64,000 nt of DNA from an uncultured Candidatus Saccharibacteria bacterium. Lineage in GTDB: Bacteria > Patescibacteriota > Minisyncoccia > Phycocordibacterales > JABMNX01. Location: contig CAZNRH010000002.1 in the NCBI GenBank assembly GCA_964575755.1, forward strand, positions 70,351 through 134,350, read 5' to 3'. Positions 9,665 to 19,170 of the stretch are shown here, piece by piece. The notes below the pieces were generated by a model. It saw only the letters and a program-made list of their open reading frames with translations. It had not been told where the DNA came from and did no database searches. The position numbers were made by a program, and so were the translations under genes. The stretch's first letter is position 1. Each line of letters opens with the position of its first letter.

Positions 9665-11870
9665 GAAACTATTAATTGTAGAATCGCCAGCAAAAGCAAA
9701 AACTATTTCAAAATATCTTGATGATAAATACACAGTACGCGCATCTGTGGGGCATGTTCGTGATTTACCAAAAAGTAACAAAAATGCTATCGATATAGAT
9801 GCAGGTTTTGTCCCCAACTATGAAATATCAAAAGGTAAAGAAGACATCATAAATGAACTTAAAAAACTAGCTAAAAAATCTGATGAAGTGCTCCTTGCAA
9901 CTGACCCCGACCGAGAAGGTGAAGCAATCGCATGGCACTTGAAAGAAATACTAAAACTTAAAGACCCTAAACGAGTTGTGTTTAACGAAATTACAAAAGA
10001 AGCTGTGCAAGAAGCTGTTGCACAGCCAAGATTGATAGATGACAATCTGCGTAAAGCTCAAGAAGCTAGACGCATACTAGATAGACTTGTTGGTTATGAC
10101 CTTTCTGGATTGATATGGAAAAAGCTACGCTATGGACTATCTGCAGGACGCGTTCAGTCACCCGCACTTCGAATCATAATGGAGCGTGAGCGTGAGATAC
10201 GTGCGTTTATACCTGAAGATTTTTGGGTACTAACTGCCGACGTAACAACTGCAAAAAAAGTAGCTTTTCAGCTTACGTGTACTAAAGAACCAAAAACAGA
10301 AGAAGAGGCAAAAAGGATCTGTAAAGTTGGAAAGAAGGGGGCTTGGGTGATTAAGGACGTTATAGAAACGAAAGCCAAACGCTCGCCGAAACCACCATTT
10401 ATAACATCAACACTGCAACAAGTTGCGAGCACTCGGCTAGGTTTTGCGCCAAGTCGTACTATGGGTATTGCACAGAAGTTATACGAATCTGGACATATAA
10501 CATATATGCGTACTGATAGTACCAATCTAAGCAATCAAGCACTTACCCATATTGAAGAAGTTGTTAAAGATAAGTATGGAGCTAAGTTCAGTAACAAAAA
10601 TGTATTTAAAGCCAAGAGCAAAGGTGCACAAGAAGCACATGAAGCTATTCGACCTTCAAACTTCCTTAAAGAAAGTGCTGGTAATAACGAAGACCAAAAG
10701 AGTCTCTATACTTTAATTTGGGAAAGGACTGTTGCTTCTCAGATGTCAGATGCAGAAATACTGCGCACTAAAATAACTGCCAATATAATAAATGAAACAG
10801 AAAGTAATGCTATTCCAAATTTTGCTACCAATGGATCACGAGTTATGTTTGAAGGATGGCTCAAGGCAGATCCACGAGCACGCGGTGAAGATGTTGAACT
10901 TCCCAAAGTAATGAAAGATGAACCTATAACGCTTAAAGATATGGGGTCAGAAGGTAAACAAACCCAGCCACCTTTCCGTTATACAGAGGCTGGTCTTATT
11001 AAAAAACTTGAAGAACGTGGCATTGGACGCCCCTCCACATATGCATCTATCATGAGGACACTCCAAGACCGTGAATATGTAATAAAAGAAGGACGAACTC
11101 TCTTCCCCACTGACACTGGAGATGTGGTGAGCTCATTTCTTGAGAAGAATTTTGAAAAATATATCAGTGATTCGTTTACAGCAGAGATGGAAAATGAGCT
11201 TGATGAAATAGCACAAGGAGAACGCAAATATGAAAAAACATTAAAAGATTTCTATACTCCATTTAGTAAAGATGTTAAATCAAAAGAGAGTATGGACAAG
11301 ATAACAAATCTTGGCGACGCCCCAGATGAATTTGACTGTCCTAAGTGTAAAAGCAAAATGATTATCAAGCTTGGACGAGGTGGTAAGTTTATGAGTTGCG
11401 ACAAGTTTCCAGAATGTATAGGCGCTCGGACAATAGAAGGAAAGATTATAGAACCAGACAAACCAATTGGAAAACATTCCGAAACAGGAGAGGATGTATA
11501 TCTGCTCACAGGGCGTTTTGGTCCATATGTTCAAATGGGAGCAAGTCCAGCAAAAGGAGAGAAAAAAAAAGAAAAGCCACGCCGAGCGAGCGTGCCAAAA
11601 GAAAAAGATATCGACGAAGTCACAATGATAGACGCAGAGAAATATTTGAGCCTACCTCGCATACTCGGAAAGCATCCTGAGACAAACGAAGACATCACAG
11701 CAAGCATAGGACGCTTTGGACCATTTATCGTGCATGATGGAGATTTTCGCTCACTGAAAACAGATGATGTGTACGCTATAAAATTAGATCGGGCTCTTGA
11801 AATACTAGCAGAAGAAAAAAAGACTCGAGGTAAGAAAAAGGCGGTAAAAAAGAAGGCGGTAAAAAAGTAG
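9663..11870 (+). CDS. topA: DNA topoisomerase I
   Basis: IVESPAKAK, ATDPDREGE, SAGRVQS, ITYMRTD, Zn ribbon, basic tail. Confidence 0.98.
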   Translation: MKLLIVESPAKAKTISKYLDDKYTVRASVGHVRDLPKSNKNAIDIDAGFVPNYEISKGKEDIINELKKLAKKSDEVLLATDPDREGEAIAWHLKEILKLKDPKRVVFNEITKEAVQEAVAQPRLIDDNLRKAQEARRILDRLVGYDLSGLIWKKLRYGLSAGRVQSPALRIIMEREREIRAFIPEDFWVLTADVTTAKKVAFQLTCTKEPKTEEEAKRICKVGKKGAWVIKDVIETKAKRSPKPPFITSTLQQVASTRLGFAPSRTMGIAQKLYESGHITYMRTDSTNLSNQALTHIEEVVKDKYGAKFSNKNVFKAKSKGAQEAHEAIRPSNFLKESAGNNEDQKSLYTLIWERTVASQMSDAEILRTKITANIINETESNAIPNFATNGSRVMFEGWLKADPRARGEDVELPKVMKDEPITLKDMGSEGKQTQPPFRYTEAGLIKKLEERGIGRPSTYASIMRTLQDREYVIKEGRTLFPTDTGDVVSSFLEKNFEKYISDSFTAEMENELDEIAQGERKYEKTLKDFYTPFSKDVKSKESMDKITNLGDAPDEFDCPKCKSKMIIKLGRGGKFMSCDKFPECIGARTIEGKIIEPDKPIGKHSETGEDVYLLTGRFGPYVQMGASPAKGEKKKEKPRRASVPKEKDIDEVTMIDAEKYLSLPRILGKHPETNEDITASIGRFGPFIVHDGDFRSLKTDDVYAIKLDRALEILAEEKKTRGKKKAVKKKAVKK

Positions 11871-11919
11871 TATCGAAAAAAGCCGTCGTGTTTTAGGCGA
11901 CGGCCTTTTGTTTGCTTTG

Positions 11920-12204
11920 TCATATCCCCTTCAGAAATCCTGTTGATTTTGTTCCGAATACATGAGCACCGGAAGAAGGTTCACTGGAATGACGCTTCTG
12001 CTTAGAGCGTTCTTTTTCGAACGCAATCACCTCATCTAATGAAGCACCAGGTGGAAGTTTCTTCTCCTGGTCAGTGTCGGACTTAAGTCGCTCCTGCCCA
12101 TAAGGACAATCATGGGAGTCTTCTTCGGCTCTACAGGGTCTGTCGACAACTTGCGAACAGTAGCGACACCGAGTTTTCTCAGTAGTACGATTCTTATTGC
12201 ACAT
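11920..12204 (-). CDS. Orphan Cys-containing small protein
   Basis: AGGAGG SD; CxxC...C...C; flanking terminator 11876-11909. Confidence 0.55.
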   Translation of the reverse strand: MCNKNRTTEKTRCRYCSQVVDRPCRAEEDSHDCPYGQERLKSDTDQEKKLPPGASLDEVIAFEKERSKQKRHSSEPSSGAHVFGTKSTGFLKGI

Positions 12205-12248
12205 TTTCTGTCCCTCCTAAATTTGCACAATTCTAATAAAGCAGTATA

Positions 12249-13775
12249 ATGACGATTATGATAACTGTCAAGGAAATAATTAGTCAACTTGATTCCCCAA
12301 ATGAAAAGGACATCGCCCTTATAACAAAAGCATATAATCTCTCAGAAGAGGCTCATAAAAATCAGAAACGTAAATCTGGCGAACCTTACATGACTCATGC
12401 GGCAGCAATTGGTCTAAATCTAGCGGAGATGACCATGAGTCCACGCACCATAGCCGCAGGCTTACTTCACGACACAATAGAGGACACGACCGTTACAGCT
12501 GACGACATTAAAAAGCAATTCGGTGAGGAAATTCTTTTCCTTGTTGAAGGAGTTACTAAACTAAGTTCTGTTCGATACCATGGCGCTGATCGACATAATG
12601 AAAGCCTGCGTAAGTTATTCGTTGCCACAAGTCAGGATATAAGGGTATTAATTATTAAACTTGTTGATCGATTGCACAATATGAAGACGCTGCAGTATGT
12701 GTCAAAAGAAAAACAGTTGCGCATCGCTCACGAAACACTCGAAATATATGTACCAATAGCGCACCGTCTTGGAATGGGTAGTATTCGTAAAGATTTAGAG
12801 GACTTGGCTTTTCCATATGTGTATCCAAAAGAAAGCAAACATATTTATAAACTACTTAAAGAAAGAAGTAGTGGCAAAGAAAAGCATTTACAAAAAACTC
12901 TTAAAACCATTAAAAAAGCTCTTGGCAAGGAAGGTTTTACTAATTTTAGAAGTGAGGAACGTATTAAAGGACACTATAGTTTGCATCGGAAACTTGAAAG
13001 AAAAAACTTTGATATATCAAAAATACATGACGTCTCAGCACTCCGTATTATTGTACCTACAGTAAGTGACTGTTACAAAGTCCTTGGGGTAGTTCATGGT
13101 ATATGGAGACCTCTTCCAGGTAAAATTAAAGACTATATTGCATTTCCTAAACCAAACGGATATCAAAGTATTCATACCACTGTATTTACAGGAACAGAAG
13201 GAACTATTGAGATTCAGATTCGTACAGAACAAATGCATCACGAGGCACAATTTGGAATAGCTTCGCACATTTCATATAAAGCGAAAAGTCGCGGTGAAAA
13301 AAACATTGGCATAGATTGGATACGTCAATTTATTCCTAGTATAAACATTAGGACAAAAAAATATGGCGATACTTTAAAGGCTAAACAAAAAGCTAAAGAG
13401 GATATACCAAAATGGATTAAACAGGTTGCTGAAGAAGACATAAGTTCAACAGAATTAGAAAAAGAAGAGTACTTAAAAGAAATCAAAACTGACTTTTTCA
13501 GTCATCGTGTTTTTAGTTTTACGCCAAAAGGAGATGTGATTGATCTGCCCATAGATTCAAGTCCAATTGATTTTGCTTATGCTATACACTCCGATATAGG
13601 TAACCATGTTTCTGGGGCCCTAGTAAACGGTAAAATGGCGTCTCTTGATACTAAACTTCATAATGGCGATATAGTTGAAATACAGACAAAAGAAAAAAGT
13701 AAGCCTACAAGGAAGTGGTTAGACTTTGTGAAGACTACTCTGGCGAAACGCCATATTAGAGCAACTCTCACTTAA
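12249..13775 (+). CDS. RelA/SpoT family (p)ppGpp synthetase/hydrolase (HD, SYNTH, TGS; no ACT)
   Basis: RKSGEPY, LLHDTIED, DRLHNM, KPNGYQSIHT, TGS domain. Confidence 0.93.
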   Translation: MTIMITVKEIISQLDSPNEKDIALITKAYNLSEEAHKNQKRKSGEPYMTHAAAIGLNLAEMTMSPRTIAAGLLHDTIEDTTVTADDIKKQFGEEILFLVEGVTKLSSVRYHGADRHNESLRKLFVATSQDIRVLIIKLVDRLHNMKTLQYVSKEKQLRIAHETLEIYVPIAHRLGMGSIRKDLEDLAFPYVYPKESKHIYKLLKERSSGKEKHLQKTLKTIKKALGKEGFTNFRSEERIKGHYSLHRKLERKNFDISKIHDVSALRIIVPTVSDCYKVLGVVHGIWRPLPGKIKDYIAFPKPNGYQSIHTTVFTGTEGTIEIQIRTEQMHHEAQFGIASHISYKAKSRGEKNIGIDWIRQFIPSINIRTKKYGDTLKAKQKAKEDIPKWIKQVAEEDISSTELEKEEYLKEIKTDFFSHRVFSFTPKGDVIDLPIDSSPIDFAYAIHSDIGNHVSGALVNGKMASLDTKLHNGDIVEIQTKEKSKPTRKWLDFVKTTLAKRHIRATLT

Positions 13776-13792
13776 AACCATATAGAATAGAT

Positions 13793-14911
13793 CTAAATAG
13801 AAAAATTCTTTACAGAATAAAGGTCTTCGTCATTCCCGTCGTCCTCTTTCTCGTTTTCTGAACGGTCGTCTAATGGCACATCTTCTATGGAATCAGTTTT
13901 TACTGTGTCAGTGGATAATATTTCTTTAGGTGTGTCAGAACTGTCTTGTGTTCCTTGGCCTTCGGGCACGATTCCTTCTCCGGAAGGAATCGTAAATGAA
14001 ACAAGTCTTTCAATAAATTCTTCTTCTTTCTTTTCTTCAGTTTTTTCATCTTCACTAACAGTGCCATCGTGTGTTTTCGTAACTATTTCTCTATTTATTC
14101 TTTCAAGAATGCTGTGAAGATCATCCATAGTAAAGTAGTCAATGTGCACCTTTCCACCATCGTCACGTTGTTCTATCTGAACACGTGTACCAAGAGTATC
14201 TGTTAGTTGCTTTTCGAGCTCTATTACTTCTGGGTCAATTGCATATTTCTTTTTACGGACTCTGTCTTGCGCTATACGTTGTGCAATACTCTCTGCTTCT
14301 CGTACAGTAAGTTTCTTATACAAAATCTCTTTGAAGAGTGTGTGTTGTTCTTCATCTCTTCCTGTAAGCATTAAGATTGGCCTTGCATGACCTTCGGACA
14401 TCTTTCCATCTAAAATAGCCTGCTGTACCTCGTCAGGCATATTAAGTAGTCTTATGGTATTTGAAACATATTCACGACTCTTTCCTACTTTCTTACCAAC
14501 TTCTCCATGCTTTAAGCCAAACTTATCTACAAGCTGTTTAAATGCACGTGCTCTATCAATTGGATTGAGATCCTCTCGTTGAAGATTCTCAATAATTGCT
14601 AGTTCCAGCTTCATTTTGTCAGTCTCATTACTCGTCCTGATTATGACGGGGACTTGAGGAAGTCCTGCGATACAAGAAGCTCGCAAGCGTCGTTCTCCTG
14701 CTATAAGCTCGTACTCAGTAGATAGTCCACCGTCTTCCTTCTGAATCTCGTGGCGAGTAACGACAAGAGGTTGGAGTATTCCATATTGACGAATAGAGTC
14801 AGCAAGTTCTTCTAACTTACCAGCGTTAAACTCTTTACGTGGTTGAAATGGATTTGGTCGAACCTTTCCAACTTCTACCCAAAATATTGAATTGTTATAA
14901 AATTCTTCCAT
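13793..14911 (-). CDS. parB: ParB/Spo0J partition protein with acidic tail
   Basis: PNPFQPR, GILQPL, IAGERRLRA, IENLQRED. Confidence 0.93.
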   Translation of the reverse strand: MEEFYNNSIFWVEVGKVRPNPFQPRKEFNAGKLEELADSIRQYGILQPLVVTRHEIQKEDGGLSTEYELIAGERRLRASCIAGLPQVPVIIRTSNETDKMKLELAIIENLQREDLNPIDRARAFKQLVDKFGLKHGEVGKKVGKSREYVSNTIRLLNMPDEVQQAILDGKMSEGHARPILMLTGRDEEQHTLFKEILYKKLTVREAESIAQRIAQDRVRKKKYAIDPEVIELEKQLTDTLGTRVQIEQRDDGGKVHIDYFTMDDLHSILERINREIVTKTHDGTVSEDEKTEEKKEEEFIERLVSFTIPSGEGIVPEGQGTQDSSDTPKEILSTDTVKTDSIEDVPLDDRSENEKEDDGNDEDLYSVKNFSI

Positions 14912-14974
14912 AATTAATTACCATTGTAACATTAAATTGTCTCTGGAATAAAATTACTGTACACTCTATTCATC

Positions 14975-15056
14975 GCTGGAGTGGTGGAATTGGTATACAC
15001 GTACGACTCAAAATCGTATGCCGCAAGGCTTGAGGGTTCAAGTCCCTCCTCCAGCA
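14975..15056 (+). tRNA. tRNA-Leu(CAA)
   Basis: Type II cloverleaf, TACGA-CTCAAAA-TCGTA. Confidence 0.95.
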
Positions 15057-15079
15057 CTTTGTATAGAAAACTAAATATG

Positions 15080-15279
15080 GACTCAAAATCGTGTCTCGCA
15101 AGGGATGAGGGTTCGTCGAAGAAACTGTAAAAGCTGCTTTTTCAGGTTCAGGTTCAATTGCTGTAAATTCATCTTCTGGAGTTACAGAGGCAAGCCAAGA
15201 AGATGATTATGTAGAAGCCTCCGCCCAAGAAGCCAAAAAACTGCGCGACCAAATGCGTGAAGCGGGCGGTAATTGCTAA
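15080..15279 (+). pseudogene. Diverged tRNA-Leu(CAA) fragment fused to a headless ORF remnant
   Basis: GACTCAAAATCGT...GAGGGTTCG, then FVEETVKAAF...EAGGNC*, then terminator 15298-15328. Confidence 0.55.
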
Positions 15280-15349
15280 TTATTTTTATGCAACGTCAAA
15301 CGGCGACCCTCGCAGGTCGCCGTTTTTTCTTTTTTGATTAACTTCCCTC

Positions 15350-15895
15350 TTACTGTTGTTCTTTAAGATAATTAACCATTGTGTTTGCATCACTCACTTC
15401 AAAAGGATCTTCTTCATAATTGTCTGAGAGACCTTCTTCTATAAACATCTTTTTAATGACACTGTCGTCTACGAACATGCTGTATCTCCAAGAACGATCT
15501 CCAAATCCAAGATTGTCTTTCTTTACCATCATCTCCATACCACGAGTGAAATCACCATTGCCATCTGGGATTAATTTTACGTTTTCTACACCTTGAGCTA
15601 TTCCCCACTGAAACATTACAAATGCATCATTTACTGAAAGACAATATACTTCATCCACCCCAAGTTCTTTGAGTTCATCATATAAAGTCTCGTATCCTGG
15701 CAAGTGAGTAGAAGAACACGTAGGAGTAAATGCTCCTGGAAGTGCAAACACTACAATTTTTTTACCTTTAAATAAGTCGTCACTTGAAACATCTTGCCAC
15801 CTGAAAGGATTGCTTCCTTCGACACTCTCATCACGCACACGTGTCTTAAATACTACATCTGGGACCTTGTTCCCCTCCATTTTGCGATTATCCAT
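15350..15895 (-). CDS. Peroxiredoxin (Prx5 type)
   Basis: LPGAFTPTCS, SVNDAFVM, RSWRY. Confidence 0.93.
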   Translation of the reverse strand: MDNRKMEGNKVPDVVFKTRVRDESVEGSNPFRWQDVSSDDLFKGKKIVVFALPGAFTPTCSSTHLPGYETLYDELKELGVDEVYCLSVNDAFVMFQWGIAQGVENVKLIPDGNGDFTRGMEMMVKKDNLGFGDRSWRYSMFVDDSVIKKMFIEEGLSDNYEEDPFEVSDANTMVNYLKEQQ

Positions 15896-15960
15896 GATAT
15901 GTTATCTTTGATTATATTAATTATGTGCCATATTATACCATACAGTATTGACCACAAAGA

Positions 15961-16857
15961 ATGACTATCAAAAAACCTAAAATAATAACGGTCGTAGGAC
16001 CAACGTCTTCTGGAAAGAGCGACCTAGCTGTAGAAATAGCTAAAAAATTTAATGGCGAGGTTATTTCTGTTGACTCAAGGCAGGTATACAAAGGACTCAA
16101 TATCGGTACTGGTAAAATCACAAAAACAGAAATGAAAAGAATCCCCCACCATCTACTTGATGTAGCAAATCCAAAAAAAGTATTTACAGCTTCTGATTTC
16201 GTCAAAGTTGGAAATAAGGCAATATTGGATATTTTAAAAAGAGACAAGGTTCCAGTTCTTGCTGGCGGAACAGGGTTTTATTTAAGTGCACTTTTAGGAG
16301 AGATTTCTCTTCCAAATGTACCACCAAATAAAAAACTAAGGACTTCCTTAGAAAAACTTTCAAACAAAGAACTGTTAGCTAAACTTAAAAAACTTGATCC
16401 AGAGCGTGCACAAGTAATAGACCAATACAATATTCCACAAATAATTCGCTCTATCGAAATAGCTAATGCTATAGGAAAAACTCCGAAAAGTACGTCTAAG
16501 TCTCCATATAAAGTCCTTAAAATCAGTATAGATGTAGATAAAATAGTTCTTGAAGAAAGAATTAATAAACGACTTATGTCTCGATTACGAAAAGGAATGT
16601 TAGCTGAAGCTACGCGACTTCATAAAAATGGTCTATCGTGGAAACGAATGGAGTCACTTGGACTTGAATATAGATACATGGCACGTCATCTTAAAGGAGA
16701 AATAACCAAAGATGAAATGATAGAAAGTCTAAAAATAAAAATTCGACAATACGCAAAACGTCAACGAACATGGTTCAAGAGAGGTAAAAAAATTAAATGG
16801 TTTAAACTGACTGAAATTAAGAAAATAGAGAAAGAAGTTTCAAAGTTCTTACATTAA
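15961..16857 (+). CDS. miaA: tRNA dimethylallyltransferase
   Basis: GPTSSGKS, DSRQVY, GGTGFY, YAKRQRTW. Confidence 0.97.
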   Translation: MTIKKPKIITVVGPTSSGKSDLAVEIAKKFNGEVISVDSRQVYKGLNIGTGKITKTEMKRIPHHLLDVANPKKVFTASDFVKVGNKAILDILKRDKVPVLAGGTGFYLSALLGEISLPNVPPNKKLRTSLEKLSNKELLAKLKKLDPERAQVIDQYNIPQIIRSIEIANAIGKTPKSTSKSPYKVLKISIDVDKIVLEERINKRLMSRLRKGMLAEATRLHKNGLSWKRMESLGLEYRYMARHLKGEITKDEMIESLKIKIRQYAKRQRTWFKRGKKIKWFKLTEIKKIEKEVSKFLH

Positions 16858-16908
16858 TAATGGCTTAAAAAAGGAAGCCCAGTCGCAATGCGACTGGGCT
16901 TAATTTAT

Positions 16909-17721
16909 TTAAAGTACTGTTGCAAAATGGACTTTGACACAATATCTTCCTTTTTTTGAGAAGTCTATTGTAAAACGTTCTTCATCCGTATAATACATAT
17001 TCACGTGTGCGTCTCGTGAAGTACTGAAAACTACATAACCAGGATCAACTAACTGTGTTTGCATTGAGTATTTGTAAAACAAGTACCCAAGTGCATTAGG
17101 AAACTCTTGAATTTCCCAAACTTTCCCAAGCATGAAATCTTTATTTGCATCACCGTTAACAGCATGGAATCTTGTTTTCATGATCACAACACTTCGCACA
17201 TTCTCAGGGTCAGACTTCCTAAGTGAGGATAGCTCATCCCAGATAATTCGTGCCAGCTTACTTGAACAATCATTGAGATCTCGCATCTCTTTGGGTGAAT
17301 AGTCGTCTTCAGTCTTGTCACCCATGAGTTGGTTCAGTAGTTCTTGTTCGAGTACTTTAAAGGAAGGAGGTATGAGCTGAGTAAATTCAGTGAACGGAAA
17401 GACGCTATAGATGTCGAGTCCTCCAGTATAACGGTTACATTGCACAAGAGATTTGCCGTTGCCAAGGTCAGGTCTTGCAACACCAAGATTAAATTCTGCT
17501 TCTGAAATCATGCTTTCACCATGCTTGCGAGCTCTTACGTAAACGTCTTTAATTTTTTTGTTCAACTTAATTGCAAGTGCAAAAACATCTGGGTCAAAAT
17601 GATATAAACTGTCGTCGCTTGAACGATGGTCGTACAAAAAGAAGCGGCTTTCTTTCATAAGATCAAGAACTACTTGTAAAGCGTGCTCAGCTTGTGCTTC
17701 AGTAAATTCAAAATTGGTCAT
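16909..17721 (-). CDS. Orphan hypothetical protein
   Basis: Long ORF; start MTNFEF after AAAGGA SD. Confidence 0.7.
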   Translation of the reverse strand: MTNFEFTEAQAEHALQVVLDLMKESRFFLYDHRSSDDSLYHFDPDVFALAIKLNKKIKDVYVRARKHGESMISEAEFNLGVARPDLGNGKSLVQCNRYTGGLDIYSVFPFTEFTQLIPPSFKVLEQELLNQLMGDKTEDDYSPKEMRDLNDCSSKLARIIWDELSSLRKSDPENVRSVVIMKTRFHAVNGDANKDFMLGKVWEIQEFPNALGYLFYKYSMQTQLVDPGYVVFSTSRDAHVNMYYTDEERFTIDFSKKGRYCVKVHFATVL

Positions 17722-17853
17722 TGTGGTGTTCCTTTCATGGAGTACCAGTTTTTCAAAGATCAAAGGTGTCGCATTATGCGGTACCAAGTCTACCTTAACA
17801 AAAAATATTGAAAAGCACCATTTTAATGAAATAATGTTGGGAATCTGTTATTG

Positions 17854-17924
17854 CGGGCCCACGAGGGCTCGAACCTCGGTCGACGGTTTTGGAAACCGTT
17901 ATTCTACCACTGAACTATAGGCCC
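17854..17924 (-). tRNA. tRNA-Trp(CCA)
   Basis: ACGGT-TTCCAAA-ACCGT anticodon arm, GGTTCGAGCCC T-arm. Confidence 0.95.
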
Positions 17925-18016
17925 AATATTTTACTAATAAACTACAAGTCACATTACTATAACGCAAAAACCACTTGTGAGCCAAGTGGTTTTTTATAGT
18001 AAAAATATGAAGTTTT

Positions 18017-18175
18017 TTACTTCTTGGCTTCTTTGTGAACCACCTGCTTTCTACACCACTTACAAAACTTCTTGAGCTCAATCTTTCGCTCAACTAGTTT
18101 CTTGTTTTTACTTGTCCAGTAATTAACTCTTTTGCAGTCCTGGCAATTCAGTTTTAATAGTCTATCTTGTGACAT
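18017..18175 (-). CDS. rpmG: 50S ribosomal protein L33 (Zn-binding form)
   Basis: Manually translated MSQDRLLKLNCQDCKRVNYWTSKNKKLVERKIELKKFCKWCRKQVVHKEAKK; below the ORF track cut-off. Confidence 0.93.
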   Translation of the reverse strand: MSQDRLLKLNCQDCKRVNYWTSKNKKLVERKIELKKFCKWCRKQVVHKEAKK

Positions 18176-18263
18176 ATGTTTTACTTATATATTCAATTTA
18201 ACTCACACACTATATGCGATAATCTATACTAAGTCAATGAATTAAGGCTGTTTATATAAGATA

Positions 18264-18773
18264 TTAAAAGGATGGCCCATATTCTTGTACACTACTATTT
18301 ACTTTCACTGGTGATGTGTCCTTTATTAGAGTATTGGACTGTGTTGATGTTTGGGATGATGAAGTATTACAGTTAACGCCCTTGAGTACATCAGTAATCT
18401 TACCTACACCGTCTCCAGTTAAGGTTGTAAGTAGAACGTTTACCACTAACCATCCCGTAAGAATAATTATAATTCCTATAAATGCATTAGTGAATATACT
18501 CTTAGCGTTAGATATTCTCCCCGGATCACTCCCTCCAGTGAAATAAAGAAATCCTGCATATGCAAACAAAAGTGCAACAACCGCAAAGGATACTTTTATT
18601 ATAAAATTGATAACGTTTTCAGCTAGTAATGCTAAGTGACACATATTACACTCTGGTCCATCGCACGGAACAAGTCCCCCTTGGGCATAGGAAATCTCTG
18701 GAGAGATAAAAAACACACCAAGCCCAGTAACCAATATAAAGGCGATAACGAGTATTATGGTTATGTTTTTCAT
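18264..18773 (-). CDS. TrbC/VirB2-like pilin
   Basis: GLVPC..C..C, YAGFLYFTGG...AK..F.NA.IG pattern. Confidence 0.75.
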   Translation of the reverse strand: MKNITIILVIAFILVTGLGVFFISPEISYAQGGLVPCDGPECNMCHLALLAENVINFIIKVSFAVVALLFAYAGFLYFTGGSDPGRISNAKSIFTNAFIGIIIILTGWLVVNVLLTTLTGDGVGKITDVLKGVNCNTSSSQTSTQSNTLIKDTSPVKVNSSVQEYGPSF

Positions 18774-18834
18774 AATGCATTTAATGATATATGTAAAATG
18801 TGGTGGTTACAAGGTGGATGAAGTGGTTAATATT

Positions 18835-18852
18835 TTCAAATCCTGCCTGGCG
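18835..18852 (+). repeat. Inverted copy of the tRNA-Tyr 3' end
   Basis: TTCAAATCCTGCCTGGCG vs tRNA TTCAAATCCTGCCCGGCG, opposite orientation. Confidence 0.8.
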
Positions 18853-18907
18853 TGACAAACAAAATCACCCCATGCTTTCACATTGGGTGATTTTGTATTA
18901 TTTATTT

Positions 18908-19008
18908 GGCGCAGGTTTCTAAGCTCACTGCGTTCACTAAGAACCTCCTGCCCTAGCTCGCGGTAACAATTTTTAAGGAAAAAGAAAAATCGTTACATCG
19001 CTCCGCTT
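18908..19008 (-). ncRNA. tRNA-associated two-domain structured element (Tyr copy)
   Basis: AAGCGGAGCG..CGCGAGCT-AGGGCAGGAGGTTCTTA..TAGAAACCTGCGCC. Confidence 0.7.
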
Positions 19009-19057
19009 CACAGAAACGTAAAAAACGAGGAACCAACCTCGTTTTTTTACATTTCTG

Positions 19058-19141
19058 TGCGCCGGGCAGGATTTGAACCTGCGTAGGGCTATGCCCGTCA
19101 GATTTACAGTCTGATGCGATTGACCACTCCGCCACCGACGC
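19058..19141 (-). tRNA. tRNA-Tyr(GTA)
   Basis: TCAGA-CTGTAAA-TCTGA, long variable arm. Confidence 0.95.
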
Positions 19142-19170
19142 ATTTGCACTCACTAGTCATTGAGTAGCAA

